DNA of 64,000 nucleotides from Candidatus Hodarchaeota archaeon (GCA_048886685.1 JBHLKM010000001.1:288001-352000); one strand, 5' to 3'. Shown: positions 1 to 8,168, numbered from the stretch's first letter. Numbers and translations: made by a program. Notes: a model not told the origin generated them from the sequence alone.

Positions 1-329
1 TCATCGTAATGATATTTACATAGAGCACAGTTTGAATCTCGAACTCTAACTATGTTCTCAGCTTCACTTAATTCGATTGAAGGAGAGCTGTTCAATACTT
101 TTTGATAAATAGTTGTAATAACATCTTTTAAATTAGAAACATTGACCGTATCCGTAGGTTTCCAGTATTTCATATAGGTTTTAGCTATGTTTTTTCCCAT
201 CTTCCTTAATCTTTCTTTTAAATCGGTAAGTCCATTTCTCTCCATAAATGTTGCTAAGATGTGAATGCTATTGCGCATTTGATTCATGGTTGCATCTGTT
301 TGTACCAGATCTTTCCTCGAAAAATTCAT
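1..329 (-). CDS. Partial hypothetical protein, V4R/Bet3-like fold candidate; runs off the window edge
   Basis: Not in the ORF track. Hand translation from ATG at 329 gives MNFSRKDLVQTDATMNQMRNSIHILATFMERNGLTDLKERLRKMGKNIAKTYMKYWKP...IVRVRDSNCALCKYHYD, open to the edge. The 'LRKMGKNIA' helix and CxxC resemble V4R-like proteins. Confidence 0.6.
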   Translation of the reverse strand, partial: MNFSRKDLVQTDATMNQMRNSIHILATFMERNGLTDLKERLRKMGKNIAKTYMKYWKPTDTVNVSNLKDVITTIYQKVLNSSPSIELSEAENIVRVRDSNCALCKYHYD

Positions 330-561
330 AGTTCTATTTTACACTCTCAAAGTAATTTAAATATTGAAAATCTTCATTAAATAAAAAATTTTTAATCTGA
401 TTAACAGATTATTCGTATGATTTTCAAATATTTCTTGATAATTCAATTAAGAAATTAATACCAGCTCTCAATAATAAAAGATCCATAGAATTATTAAATT
501 GACTGCTTAGATTTGCGATAACTTAAAAAAAGTAAGATAAATAAGAATTTCTTAAAAAAAG

Positions 562-948
562 TTACATTTGGGAGATAATCTGTCTCATAATTTGCTCTCC
601 CGCGGCCCCAACCATCAATCCGTTCCGTACAAGCAACTGACCTTGAATCTCTATTGGGTGATTTAAGAGTTCACCGTTTTTGAAAAACAATAAGGTTGGA
701 ATGGCTGTTATACCAAACATCTCACCGAGAGGCCTATTCCTGTCCAAATCCTCTTTTAATAATTTGATAAGACCTTCACTTTTCAGTTTTTCTAATATTG
801 GACTTAAAAATTTGCAAGGGCCGCACCATTGCTGTTTGAGTGAGGAATTCACTCAAATTTCAGTGTAGACATCTACGATGACTTTGCCCTCTTTCATATC
901 GTCTGTAATTTCAAGTCCAAATTTTTTTAATTCTTCGATATTTATCAT
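562..948 (-). CDS. trxA: Thioredoxin, split by a predicted 30-nt intron: exon 1 948..859, exon 2 828..562, 118 aa after splicing
   Basis: ATG at 948 gives MINIEELKKFGLEITDDMKEGKVIVDVYTE, then I*VNSSLKQQ, then WCGPCKFLSPIL...GITAIPTLLFFKNG in the same frame. The WCGPC and cis-Pro (IPT) motifs are intact. The track ORF (562..852) lacks the strand that precedes the active site. Confidence 0.85.
829..858 (-). other. Predicted bulge-helix-bulge-type intron in the thioredoxin mRNA (30 nt)
   Basis: RNA reads ACUG-AA^A-UUUGAGUGA-AUUCC-UCACUCAAA-CAGC-AA^U-GG. It has a perfect 9-bp stem, a 4-nt central helix (3 pairs plus A.C) and two 3-nt bulges, and contains an in-frame UGA. Excision restores YTE|WCGPC. 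Confidence 0.75.
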
Positions 949-1035
949 ATTAGATACAATTTTGTAGTTTAAGGTATTTTTATTGTATTGTGATATAGTT
1001 GGGGGAATAAATATTTAATTGCTTTTATTAATTTC

Positions 1036-1439
1036 ATTTACAAATTAAAAATCAGATCGAGTGGAAACTGACGAAAACCATATGGAAAAGGAAAGATTAC
1101 ATGGAATACAAAACCACCATATGGTCAAAAATGGGGGTCATTTGAAGTTCAAGCCAATGGAGGTCATGCAGTCAGTGTTGGATCATATATCATCCCTGGT
1201 GTAAATTTCTAAATCTGTATTAAAGCATCAATGAATCAGAGTGATTTTATAGCTATATCCTCAAAATATGAAGCTCCAAATATTACCATAATAAGAGGAA
1301 ATAATGAAATCAGATGTAATTACATATGTTATTAAACAGATGGAAAAAAATACAAATTCTGACACAATTAAGAGATGTAATTTGAATATATTTTTCTTAA
1401 TTTTATTCATGGAATATGAATTATTTACAAATTAAAAAT
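1036..1439. repeat. 17-bp perfect direct repeat ATTTACAAATTAAAAAT at 1036..1052 and 1423..1439
   Basis: Read directly from the sequence; the two copies bracket the pseudogene fragment. Confidence 0.7.
1053..1335 (+). pseudogene. Degraded fragment of a surface-protein domain (DNRLRE/CBM96-like)
   Basis: One frame reads GKGKITWNTKPPYGQKWGSFEVQANGGHAVSVGSYIIPGVNF*ICIKASMNQSDFIAISSKYEAPNITII, with an internal stop and no start. ITWNxKP is typical of DNRLRE domains (from recall). Confidence 0.4.
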
Positions 1440-1573
1440 GGAATGGCACACAAATTAATAAATAACTATATTAATGATTAGGGAATAGTATTAAACTTGA
1501 AGAAAAGAATAAAATCCTTATGTTGAGATTGAGAAAGATAAGGATATTAATTTAGAAAATTAAAGCAAATTTT

Positions 1574-2047
1574 ATGAAGATTATTACATATGGTTGGAGT
1601 TTAAAGTGGAAGGCTCCGATAATAGTGAAAAAGGAAATTGATCTGAAATGCGAGGGTGAGGGATGTGAAGATAATCCTTTTGTCATTAAGCCATCAAGCA
1701 TGCTACCGAGCTATTTTGAAATACATAATTCTGAGTATTACGTAGATATTCAAAATTGTGATCTTGAATCAATTGACTTGAAACATTGCAGGAATGTTAC
1801 TTTTAAAGACTGTAAATTAAAAAGGAGTAAATTAGAGGGGTGTTCGATTATCAGATATTTAAATTCAAATATATATGGTAATTTAACTTTACTTTCCTGT
1901 AATGAAGTAAAAATCGAGGAATGTATAATTAATAAGTTGAAATTTAAGAGCTCAAATTCAAATCTAGTTAAAAATTGCTCAATTAACACTATCAAGAAAA
2001 TTAGAAGTAAAAATAATATTTTTGAAGAAATTATTAATTCCAAATAG
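1574..2047 (+). CDS. Small right-handed parallel beta-helix repeat protein (paralog 1)
   Basis: GxGxExNPFVI cap motif followed by Cys-containing ~21-22 aa repeats (IQNCDL..IDLKHCRNVTFKDCKL). Confidence 0.7.
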   Translation: MKIITYGWSLKWKAPIIVKKEIDLKCEGEGCEDNPFVIKPSSMLPSYFEIHNSEYYVDIQNCDLESIDLKHCRNVTFKDCKLKRSKLEGCSIIRYLNSNIYGNLTLLSCNEVKIEECIINKLKFKSSNSNLVKNCSINTIKKIRSKNNIFEEIINSK

Positions 2048-2084
2048 TGATTTAACCCAAAAAAATTGAAAACTTGATAATTCT

Positions 2085-2543
2085 ATGAAGCTAATTGTAT
2101 ATGAAGCAAATTTGAAATGGAGATTTCCGACAGTAGATTCAAAATATATTGATTTTGACTGTCCTGGTACAGGGATCGAAAGTGATCCATATATTATTGA
2201 ACCTTCAAAAGCTCTTCCAGGCAATTTTGGGCCCTTTAATTCCAAAGAATTCATTAGAATTCAAAATTGTCGACTCGCTCAACTAAATATAGAATCTTGT
2301 CAGAATATAGAATTTGAGAATAACAAGATTAAAGGGATCCAATTAAATAAATGCTCTGACTGTTCCTTAGTAAATACTGAAGTAGAATTATTAAGTTTAG
2401 AGAGTTGTCAGAACATTAAGATTGCAGATTGCATAGTCGATAGATTAAGACTTTATCATTCTGGGTCAAATAGTTTTAAGAATTGCATTATTAAGTATAG
2501 AAAGACGATAAAAAGCAAGGAAAATATTTTTGAAAATATTTAA
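2085..2543 (+). CDS. Small right-handed parallel beta-helix repeat protein (paralog 2)
   Basis: GTGIESDPYII cap and similar repeats. It aligns end to end with 1574..2047 (LKW, IEPS/IKPS, IQNC, SKxNIFE). Confidence 0.7.
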   Translation: MKLIVYEANLKWRFPTVDSKYIDFDCPGTGIESDPYIIEPSKALPGNFGPFNSKEFIRIQNCRLAQLNIESCQNIEFENNKIKGIQLNKCSDCSLVNTEVELLSLESCQNIKIADCIVDRLRLYHSGSNSFKNCIIKYRKTIKSKENIFENI

Positions 2544-2618
2544 ATTCCTGCACAAAAGTCTAAAACGAGAGGAGATAACTTTTTTGTTAAGGGGGACTTA
2601 ATCTTTTCTTATTTATTG

Positions 2619-3254
2619 TTATATAGGAGTTATCCTTAAAATCAGCGACTCATTCCTGGCGAATAATTCGACATCACATTGTTTTTGGTTATGTAATAAT
2701 TCACTGAAGTAATTTCCCCAGAAGTCACTGTATCTTTTGCTATGAAAGTCATGATAAAACGACATTTGATAAGTGCCCTTGCTTCCTACTTCAATATCTA
2801 TTTTATAGAAATAATTAGCGCTTAGCCATACATTTTTAATAGCGTCCAGAAGCTCCCCTATAGACATCTCGACAATATTTTCGTTTTTATACCATTCTAT
2901 AACATCGATTGCTATATTTTCAGTAAGGGCTTTCTTGTGGTCTCCAGAAATATAAGAGAGATATGTTTTTTTTCCAACTAATACCATGTTTAGTTCATTT
3001 CTTGCTCTATTCCAAATATTCTGTAAATCACTTTTTTCAGGAAAATAGTATTGATCAAGTAATTCTAATGCTCTCTCAATTACTTTAGATTTATTTCCAA
3101 AAATTTTGTTTTGATCTTTATCCTTTAAATCAGCATATTTTTCAAGTAGTCCATTTGCTTTTTCAGAAATAGTAGTATGAATGGTTAATTTCTTCTGCTT
3201 TTCAGTTTTATTATTGTTCAATTCTTTTTTCTCCGTTTTGTATATAATTATCAA
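2619..3254 (-). CDS. Putative transcriptional regulator (N-terminal ribbon-helix-helix-like region, C-terminal V4R-like domain); probable start TTG at 3221
   Basis: TIHTTISEKANGLLEKY...NKSKVIERALELL follows a strand-helix-helix pattern. The gene is divergent from the 3437..5631 operon. GGAG precedes the TTG at 3221. Confidence 0.5.
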   Translation of the reverse strand: MIIIYKTEKKELNNNKTEKQKKLTIHTTISEKANGLLEKYADLKDKDQNKIFGNKSKVIERALELLDQYYFPEKSDLQNIWNRARNELNMVLVGKKTYLSYISGDHKKALTENIAIDVIEWYKNENIVEMSIGELLDAIKNVWLSANYFYKIDIEVGSKGTYQMSFYHDFHSKRYSDFWGNYFSELLHNQKQCDVELFARNESLILRITPI

Positions 3255-3304
3255 ATATTATATTTAATTCTATGTTCATATATTTTTCGATTTTTATATA
3301 TTAA

Positions 3305-3390
3305 TGTTGTGATTCTTGTTCATTTTCTGTGTGATCATGTTTATAGATGACCTTTCTGAATGACCACAAAGCTTAGATATGTGACCATGA
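3305..3390. promoter_or_regulatory. Cluster of TGA(C/T)C direct repeats in a divergent promoter region; candidate operator
   Basis: GTGATCAT at 3331, ATGACCTT at 3347, ATGACCAC at 3360, GTGACCAT at 3381, all in an otherwise AT-rich spacer. Confidence 0.35.
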
Positions 3391-3436
3391 TATTATTCAA
3401 GTGATGAAATAAAAAAAAGAAGAGGTGTAAATAAAA

Positions 3437-4330
3437 ATGAGAAAAAGAAGAGCCTTTCTAGGTCTTATTGCGTTATTTCTACCATTTATTTTAATTCTCA
3501 ACACAAACATATACAATGTAGAAAGGAGTTCACAGAATTTACTTGTAATATCTGATGATCTAATATATCATGTCCAGAACTATGTAGTTGCTTTAGATAT
3601 TGATGAACTTGATATTCAAGCACAAATCAATATAACATATAATGTTCTTAGTGGGATTAAACAAGATGGTTTTAAAAGATTTATAATTCCAAAACATTCA
3701 AATGGGGAAATTTTAACAATTAAAGTCTATGATGATGAAGGTCTTAATTTGGCTTGGAATTATAGGGAATTTGAAGGAAGAGATGGTAACCACTATAAAG
3801 AAATTTCTTTTCAGCATCCAGGATTTACCGGGATAAAAACAGTTTCAATCAATTTTAAAATGAAAAATTGGATTGTAGAACGCCAATCTGGTACTCAAAT
3901 TCAACTAGGAAATATAGGAACTTTCTCAATAAGCGTAAAACGAGCAGAATATATTATTATCTTTCCTGTTAATTATGAATTAGAGGAAATAAAATCTTCA
4001 GCGTCAGGAATAGAATTATTTGATGAACTTAATAACCGTTTGAGGTACTACTTCATACAATATGAGCCAATTTCAAATGATCTTAGTTTTACATGTTCAC
4101 CTCATATTACAAACAACCCTCCTTTAGAAGAAGTTAATTTAATAGACTCTCGAATCATATTAGTTACAGTTGCATTAGTAATAGTCTTTTCTTTTATGTT
4201 TTTTATAATTTATGCTGTAATAAAATCAGATCGAGAGTGGAGTGGAGGTGTTGGTTGTGGTGGATGTGGAGGGGGAGGTGGTTGCGGCGGATGTGGAGGG
4301 GGAGGTGGTTGCGGCGGATGTGGAGGTTAA
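3437..4330 (+). CDS. Membrane protein: N-terminal signal/TM, extracellular beta-rich domain, C-terminal TM and Cys/Gly tail
   Basis: MRKRR plus a hydrophobic stretch; second TM IILVTVALVIVFSFMFFIIYAVI; tail GVGCGGCGGGGGCGGCGGGGGCGGCGG. SD-like GAGGTG upstream. Confidence 0.8.
   Translation: MRKRRAFLGLIALFLPFILILNTNIYNVERSSQNLLVISDDLIYHVQNYVVALDIDELDIQAQINITYNVLSGIKQDGFKRFIIPKHSNGEILTIKVYDDEGLNLAWNYREFEGRDGNHYKEISFQHPGFTGIKTVSINFKMKNWIVERQSGTQIQLGNIGTFSISVKRAEYIIIFPVNYELEEIKSSASGIELFDELNNRLRYYFIQYEPISNDLSFTCSPHITNNPPLEEVNLIDSRIILVTVALVIVFSFMFFIIYAVIKSDREWSGGVGCGGCGGGGGCGGCGGGGGCGGCGG
4253..4327 (+). repeat. 27-bp tandem repeat encoding CGGCGGGGG units
   Basis: GGATGTGGAGGGGGAGGTGGTTGCGGC occurs exactly at 4262..4288 and 4289..4315, with partial copies on both sides. 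Confidence 0.95.
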
Positions 4331-4361
4331 GAACAAAATTTGAATATTAAATGATTAAAAG

Positions 4362-5414
4362 ATGAAAGAAATGAGGAGAAAGGTAAAAAACTCGAATTTA
4401 AGAATGTGGAATTTTTTTTTGCAACTCCATATTACAGAGAAATGTAATTTAAAATGTATCCATTGCTATGAGGGGAAGTCACCAAGAAAGGACACTAATT
4501 TATTAACATCTAAAGAGATTTTTGATTTATTAGATGAGTATAATGATTTTCTACGTGTTCTCAAAGCAAAAGGAACTGTATATTTTACTGGTGGAGAACC
4601 GATTCTTGATAGCAATCTTTCTAGCTATATCTCTAAAGCTTCAAAATTAGGTATGCATACTATGGTTTTATCTAATGGAACATTGATAAATAATTCAAAA
4701 GCTAAAGAGTTATACAAAGTTGGAACCAACTTTGTTCAAATTAGTATTGATGGCCTGGAAAAAACACATGACTACATCCGAGGACTTGGTTCGTTTCAAA
4801 AAGCAACTGAAGGATTAGAAAATTGCTTTAAAGTTGGATTAAATACTACAGTGATGACTACTCTGAGCAAATTAAATGCTGATGAAATAGAGGGAATAAT
4901 ACTTCATTGTATTGAACACAATGTTTCTCGAATAGCGTTTGGGAGATTAGTTCCTGTTGGAAATGGAGTCGAATTACTCAGTCAAATTTTCACTAAGTCA
5001 GAAACATTGAAACTATTTAAAACAATTAAGGATTTGAAGAGAAAATACGAAAATCATATAGATTTTGCTTTTCACGATCCTCTTTGGACAAGTTATTTGA
5101 ATATAAAAAGTACCAGTGGTTGTAGCGTAGGTAAGAGAGGTTTATGTATTGTAGAAAATGGAGATATTATGCCATGTCGTAGGATGGATTTAGTTATAGG
5201 AAATATTAGAAATGATGCCCTGCTTGATATTTGGAACTCAAATTATCTTAGACAATTTCTTAATAGAAATAAATATGGTGGGAAATGTAGAAAATGTGAA
5301 AGATTGACTCGTTGTGGAGGGTGCCGGGCTATTGCTAAAGCTATTAATGGTAATGAATTCGGAGAAGATCCTCAATGTTTTCTAAGAACTAAGGAAATTA
5401 GAATGAATAATTAA
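4362..5414 (+). CDS. Radical SAM protein with C-terminal SPASM domain
   Basis: CNLKCIHC (CxxxCxxC), TGGEP and QISIDG; SPASM motifs GCSVG..ENGDIMPC..IGNI..CRKC....CGGC..DPQC. Confidence 0.92.
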   Translation: MKEMRRKVKNSNLRMWNFFLQLHITEKCNLKCIHCYEGKSPRKDTNLLTSKEIFDLLDEYNDFLRVLKAKGTVYFTGGEPILDSNLSSYISKASKLGMHTMVLSNGTLINNSKAKELYKVGTNFVQISIDGLEKTHDYIRGLGSFQKATEGLENCFKVGLNTTVMTTLSKLNADEIEGIILHCIEHNVSRIAFGRLVPVGNGVELLSQIFTKSETLKLFKTIKDLKRKYENHIDFAFHDPLWTSYLNIKSTSGCSVGKRGLCIVENGDIMPCRRMDLVIGNIRNDALLDIWNSNYLRQFLNRNKYGGKCRKCERLTRCGGCRAIAKAINGNEFGEDPQCFLRTKEIRMNN

Positions 5415-5451
5415 AAGAATTACTGAAATAAAATAAGGTGAATTTATTAAT

Positions 5452-5631
5452 ATGTCTTTCATAAACAAGAAAAGAATAGTTGTAAACTTAATAATATGGG
5501 CTAGTTGTACTTCCATTCTTGGATTTTTCGGAATTTTTTTTGGTTTTGACATAATTTTACTATGCATTATCTTAATGTTATGCGGAATGTCTGTACCATT
5601 TATTATTGCCATATCTTTAAGAAATTTTTAA
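5452..5631 (+). CDS. Small two-TM membrane protein (59 aa), absent from the ORF track
   Basis: Hand translation: MSFINKKRIVVNLIIWASCTSILGFFGIFFGFDIILLCIILMLCGMSVPFIIAISLRNF*. AAGGTGA lies upstream, and it is co-oriented with the radical SAM gene. Confidence 0.55.
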   Translation: MSFINKKRIVVNLIIWASCTSILGFFGIFFGFDIILLCIILMLCGMSVPFIIAISLRNF

Positions 5632-5869
5632 TGAGGAGCTATTAGTAATCTCTCACTTTGATGGTTATGAAATTCTTTAGAGTTAATTAATTTGTGTAAT
5701 CAATGTATATTATCACAGAATTTATTGATCAGTCCTTTTACTTAAGATCAGGGAGAAGTAAGAAAAAATGGATGTTAATTTCTAATTTAAAAATTACGAA
5801 TTAAAAGAATTAATTTTAAAATCGAAAATAGGTTATACTAAATAATATTAAGATAAACTGATCGTTCAA

Positions 5870-6373
5870 ATGGCAACTATAGATTTTGAGTTCAGAAACC
5901 AAATTCTCGTTAATGATATAGGCAATACATTAGCATATTGTTATCAATGCGCAACCTGTAGTGGTGCGTGTCCAGTAGCACAGGTTACTGAGGGTAAGTA
6001 TAACCCAAGGCGTTTAATTTTAGATGCTTTATTAGGGCTTAAAGAGAAAATATTTGGCCCTGAAAATGCATTTAATATTTGGGGTTGTACGGTATGTGAT
6101 ACATGTGATGAAGTATGCCCACAAAAGGTAGAGCTAACCGAGATTTTTACAATATTAAAGAATTTGAGTGTAGAAAGAGGAGAAGCACCAGCTCACTATA
6201 CAGGTCAAGCTTCAACAATTTTAGAACACGGAAAGGCAATTCCAATGCAACCCGCTATAGAAAGGAGACGTACACAGTTAGGTTTGCCTGAAATAATGGC
6301 TCCTGATGTGAATGAAGTTAAAAAGCTTCTAGAAGCGACAAAGTTACCAGAGAAACTTCCGAAATCGGAATAA
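5870..6373 (+). CDS. hdrC: Heterodisulfide reductase subunit C-like 2x[4Fe-4S] protein
   Basis: CYQCATCSGACP and WGCTVCDTCDEVCPQ motifs, YNPRRL, and length. Confidence 0.85.
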   Translation: MATIDFEFRNQILVNDIGNTLAYCYQCATCSGACPVAQVTEGKYNPRRLILDALLGLKEKIFGPENAFNIWGCTVCDTCDEVCPQKVELTEIFTILKNLSVERGEAPAHYTGQASTILEHGKAIPMQPAIERRRTQLGLPEIMAPDVNEVKKLLEATKLPEKLPKSE

Positions 6374-6510
6374 GCTTATCTTTTTTCTTTTTGATTTTCT
6401 TTTTTTATATGTTTCGTTAGAATTTTATAGTCTCTAAACCTTAATTGTATTATATTCTAAATTTAGAAATGAGAATATTGAAATTTGAATACGATTTGAG
6501 GTAAAAGAAA

Positions 6511-7281
6511 TTGAGAATACCTATAGTTGGGGGAAATTGGAAAATGAATAGAGGTACCCCAAAAGAGTCTAAGGAAATGCTAAAGGATTTAATTTCTCTT
6601 ATAGAAAAGACTAAGAATGTTGAAGTTGTGATTGCGCCCCCTTTTACTAGTTTAATAAGTAGTAGAGAAATTTTGAAAGGTACCAATATAAAATTAGGTG
6701 CTCAAAACATGTATTTTGAAGAAAAGGGAGCATTTACAGGTGAAATATCACCTAGTTTTTTAAAGGATATCGGGGTTGAATATATTATCCTTGGTCATAG
6801 CGAAAGAAGAGATATTTTCAATGAATCAGACGATTTAATTAATAAAAAGTTAAAAAAGGCTTTATCAATGGGTTTAAAGCCCATAGTTTGTATTGGTGAG
6901 CACTTAGAAGAAAGAGAAGAGGGTAAAACAAAGGAAACAATTCAGTATCAAATGAATGAGACTTTTAAAGATCTTGATAAAGATCAGATAACTCGGACTG
7001 TTATAGCGTATGAACCTATTTGGGCAATAGGGACAGGAATAACGGCTACACCAGACCAAGCTGAGGAGATTCATGTTTTTATTCGTGAAATTTTAGCCGA
7101 AAGATTTGATCGAGAAACAGCAGAGATAGTAAGAATTCAATATGGGGGATCAATTAAGCCAAATAATGCTGAAGAATTATTTAGTAAAAAGAATATAGAT
7201 GGTGGTTTGGTTGGAGGGGCGTCTCTTCAAGCAGATTCCTTAGCACATATAATAAAAGCTGCTGAAAAAACAATCAGTTAA
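6511..7281 (+). CDS. tpiA: Triosephosphate isomerase (bacterial/eukaryotic type)
   Basis: GNWKMN, GAFTGE, GHSERR, AYEPIWAIGTG, YGGS and LVGGASL motifs. Confidence 0.98.
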   Translation: MRIPIVGGNWKMNRGTPKESKEMLKDLISLIEKTKNVEVVIAPPFTSLISSREILKGTNIKLGAQNMYFEEKGAFTGEISPSFLKDIGVEYIILGHSERRDIFNESDDLINKKLKKALSMGLKPIVCIGEHLEEREEGKTKETIQYQMNETFKDLDKDQITRTVIAYEPIWAIGTGITATPDQAEEIHVFIREILAERFDRETAEIVRIQYGGSIKPNNAEELFSKKNIDGGLVGGASLQADSLAHIIKAAEKTIS

Positions 7282-7298
7282 AATTCTATCTCAATTTC

Positions 7299-8168
7299 TT
7301 AACTAAGTATATTATTAAATGAAATTGTCAATTTTTGGGGAAATTCCCCAAAATAACTCTGAGGATCAGCGAAAAGCAAATAAAAATATGGTTCGAATAA
7401 AGTTTCTTCGACTGTAGGTCCAACTCCTGATTTAATTATGCAGACTTGAATTTGTTCATCAGAAAAGAACGAAGTCCTATAAATCCATTCAAATGGAGCA
7501 ATATTGGGTATGAATCCAATACGTCTTAAAATTTCATTTATATTTTCCAGAGAATATTTCTTTCCGTAAGCAGTAATAGGGGAAAGATCAAAGGAGGTTA
7601 TACATATACCTAATAAACCGTACTCCTTCATTTCACTTAAAAAGTCATTTGCTGCGCGTTTAATTTCACTTTGATGATCTAAAACAATTTTTCTTGCTTT
7701 TGAATCAGTTAAAATTTCTATAATTTTGCTTTCTTCATTTTCTAAAATCGCGTCAGCCGAGTCAAGTGGCGTTTTGGCATTAATAAAATTATTATAAATT
7801 AGTTTAATTTTTTCTTTAACTGATTTATGCAACAAAAAAGACTCAGTCTGAGCTGTAATCAGTACATCTCCTTCAAATGGGTTTTTATCATTGTTTTTTT
7901 TAGGTTTTTCAGTTGATTTTTTAGCTTTAAATTCTAATCTCTCAATTTTTTTATCAATATTTCGAGCAAATTCGAATAATGCGGATATTAAACCGGCGGT
8001 TAGATCGAATTTTGATTCAGAATCTAATTGTTCGTGAACGGTGGATTGATCCGTCGAAAAATCAAAAAATCTAAGAAAAATTTTTACGCCTTCAGGTACT
8101 GGGTTAATTATTGTATTATAATATGGGAAACCTGTAGTCGAGATGATGCTTAGTTCGTATATTGTCAT
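7299..8168 (-). CDS. Hypothetical protein with longin-like N-terminal domain
   Basis: IYELSIISTTGFPYY and LTAGLISALFEFARNI match the strand and helix pattern of Asgard longin-like domains (from recall). Confidence 0.5.
   Translation of the reverse strand: MTIYELSIISTTGFPYYNTIINPVPEGVKIFLRFFDFSTDQSTVHEQLDSESKFDLTAGLISALFEFARNIDKKIERLEFKAKKSTEKPKKNNDKNPFEGDVLITAQTESFLLHKSVKEKIKLIYNNFINAKTPLDSADAILENEESKIIEILTDSKARKIVLDHQSEIKRAANDFLSEMKEYGLLGICITSFDLSPITAYGKKYSLENINEILRRIGFIPNIAPFEWIYRTSFFSDEQIQVCIIKSGVGPTVEETLFEPYFYLLFADPQSYFGEFPQKLTISFNNILS

Noticed and set aside
562-852. Thioredoxin starting at GTG 852, as in the ORF track
   Set aside because: This would delete the VIVDVY core strand, which is encoded in frame just upstream; the GTG lies inside the hairpin insert.
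853-855. In-frame UGA in thioredoxin as a selenocysteine codon
   Set aside because: It is not at a catalytic Cys position (WCGPC is intact). Readthrough would leave a 10-aa insert against the active site, and I saw no convincing SECIS downstream (330..561). Intron removal explains the sequence exactly.
1048-4240. Shared 14-mer AAAATCAGATCGAG at about 1048 and 4222
   Set aside because: One short match, with one copy inside a coding region and no element structure between them; probably chance.
5382-5612. 76-aa minus-strand ORF
   Set aside because: Antisense shadow of the 59-aa plus-strand membrane ORF, which has an SD and operon orientation.
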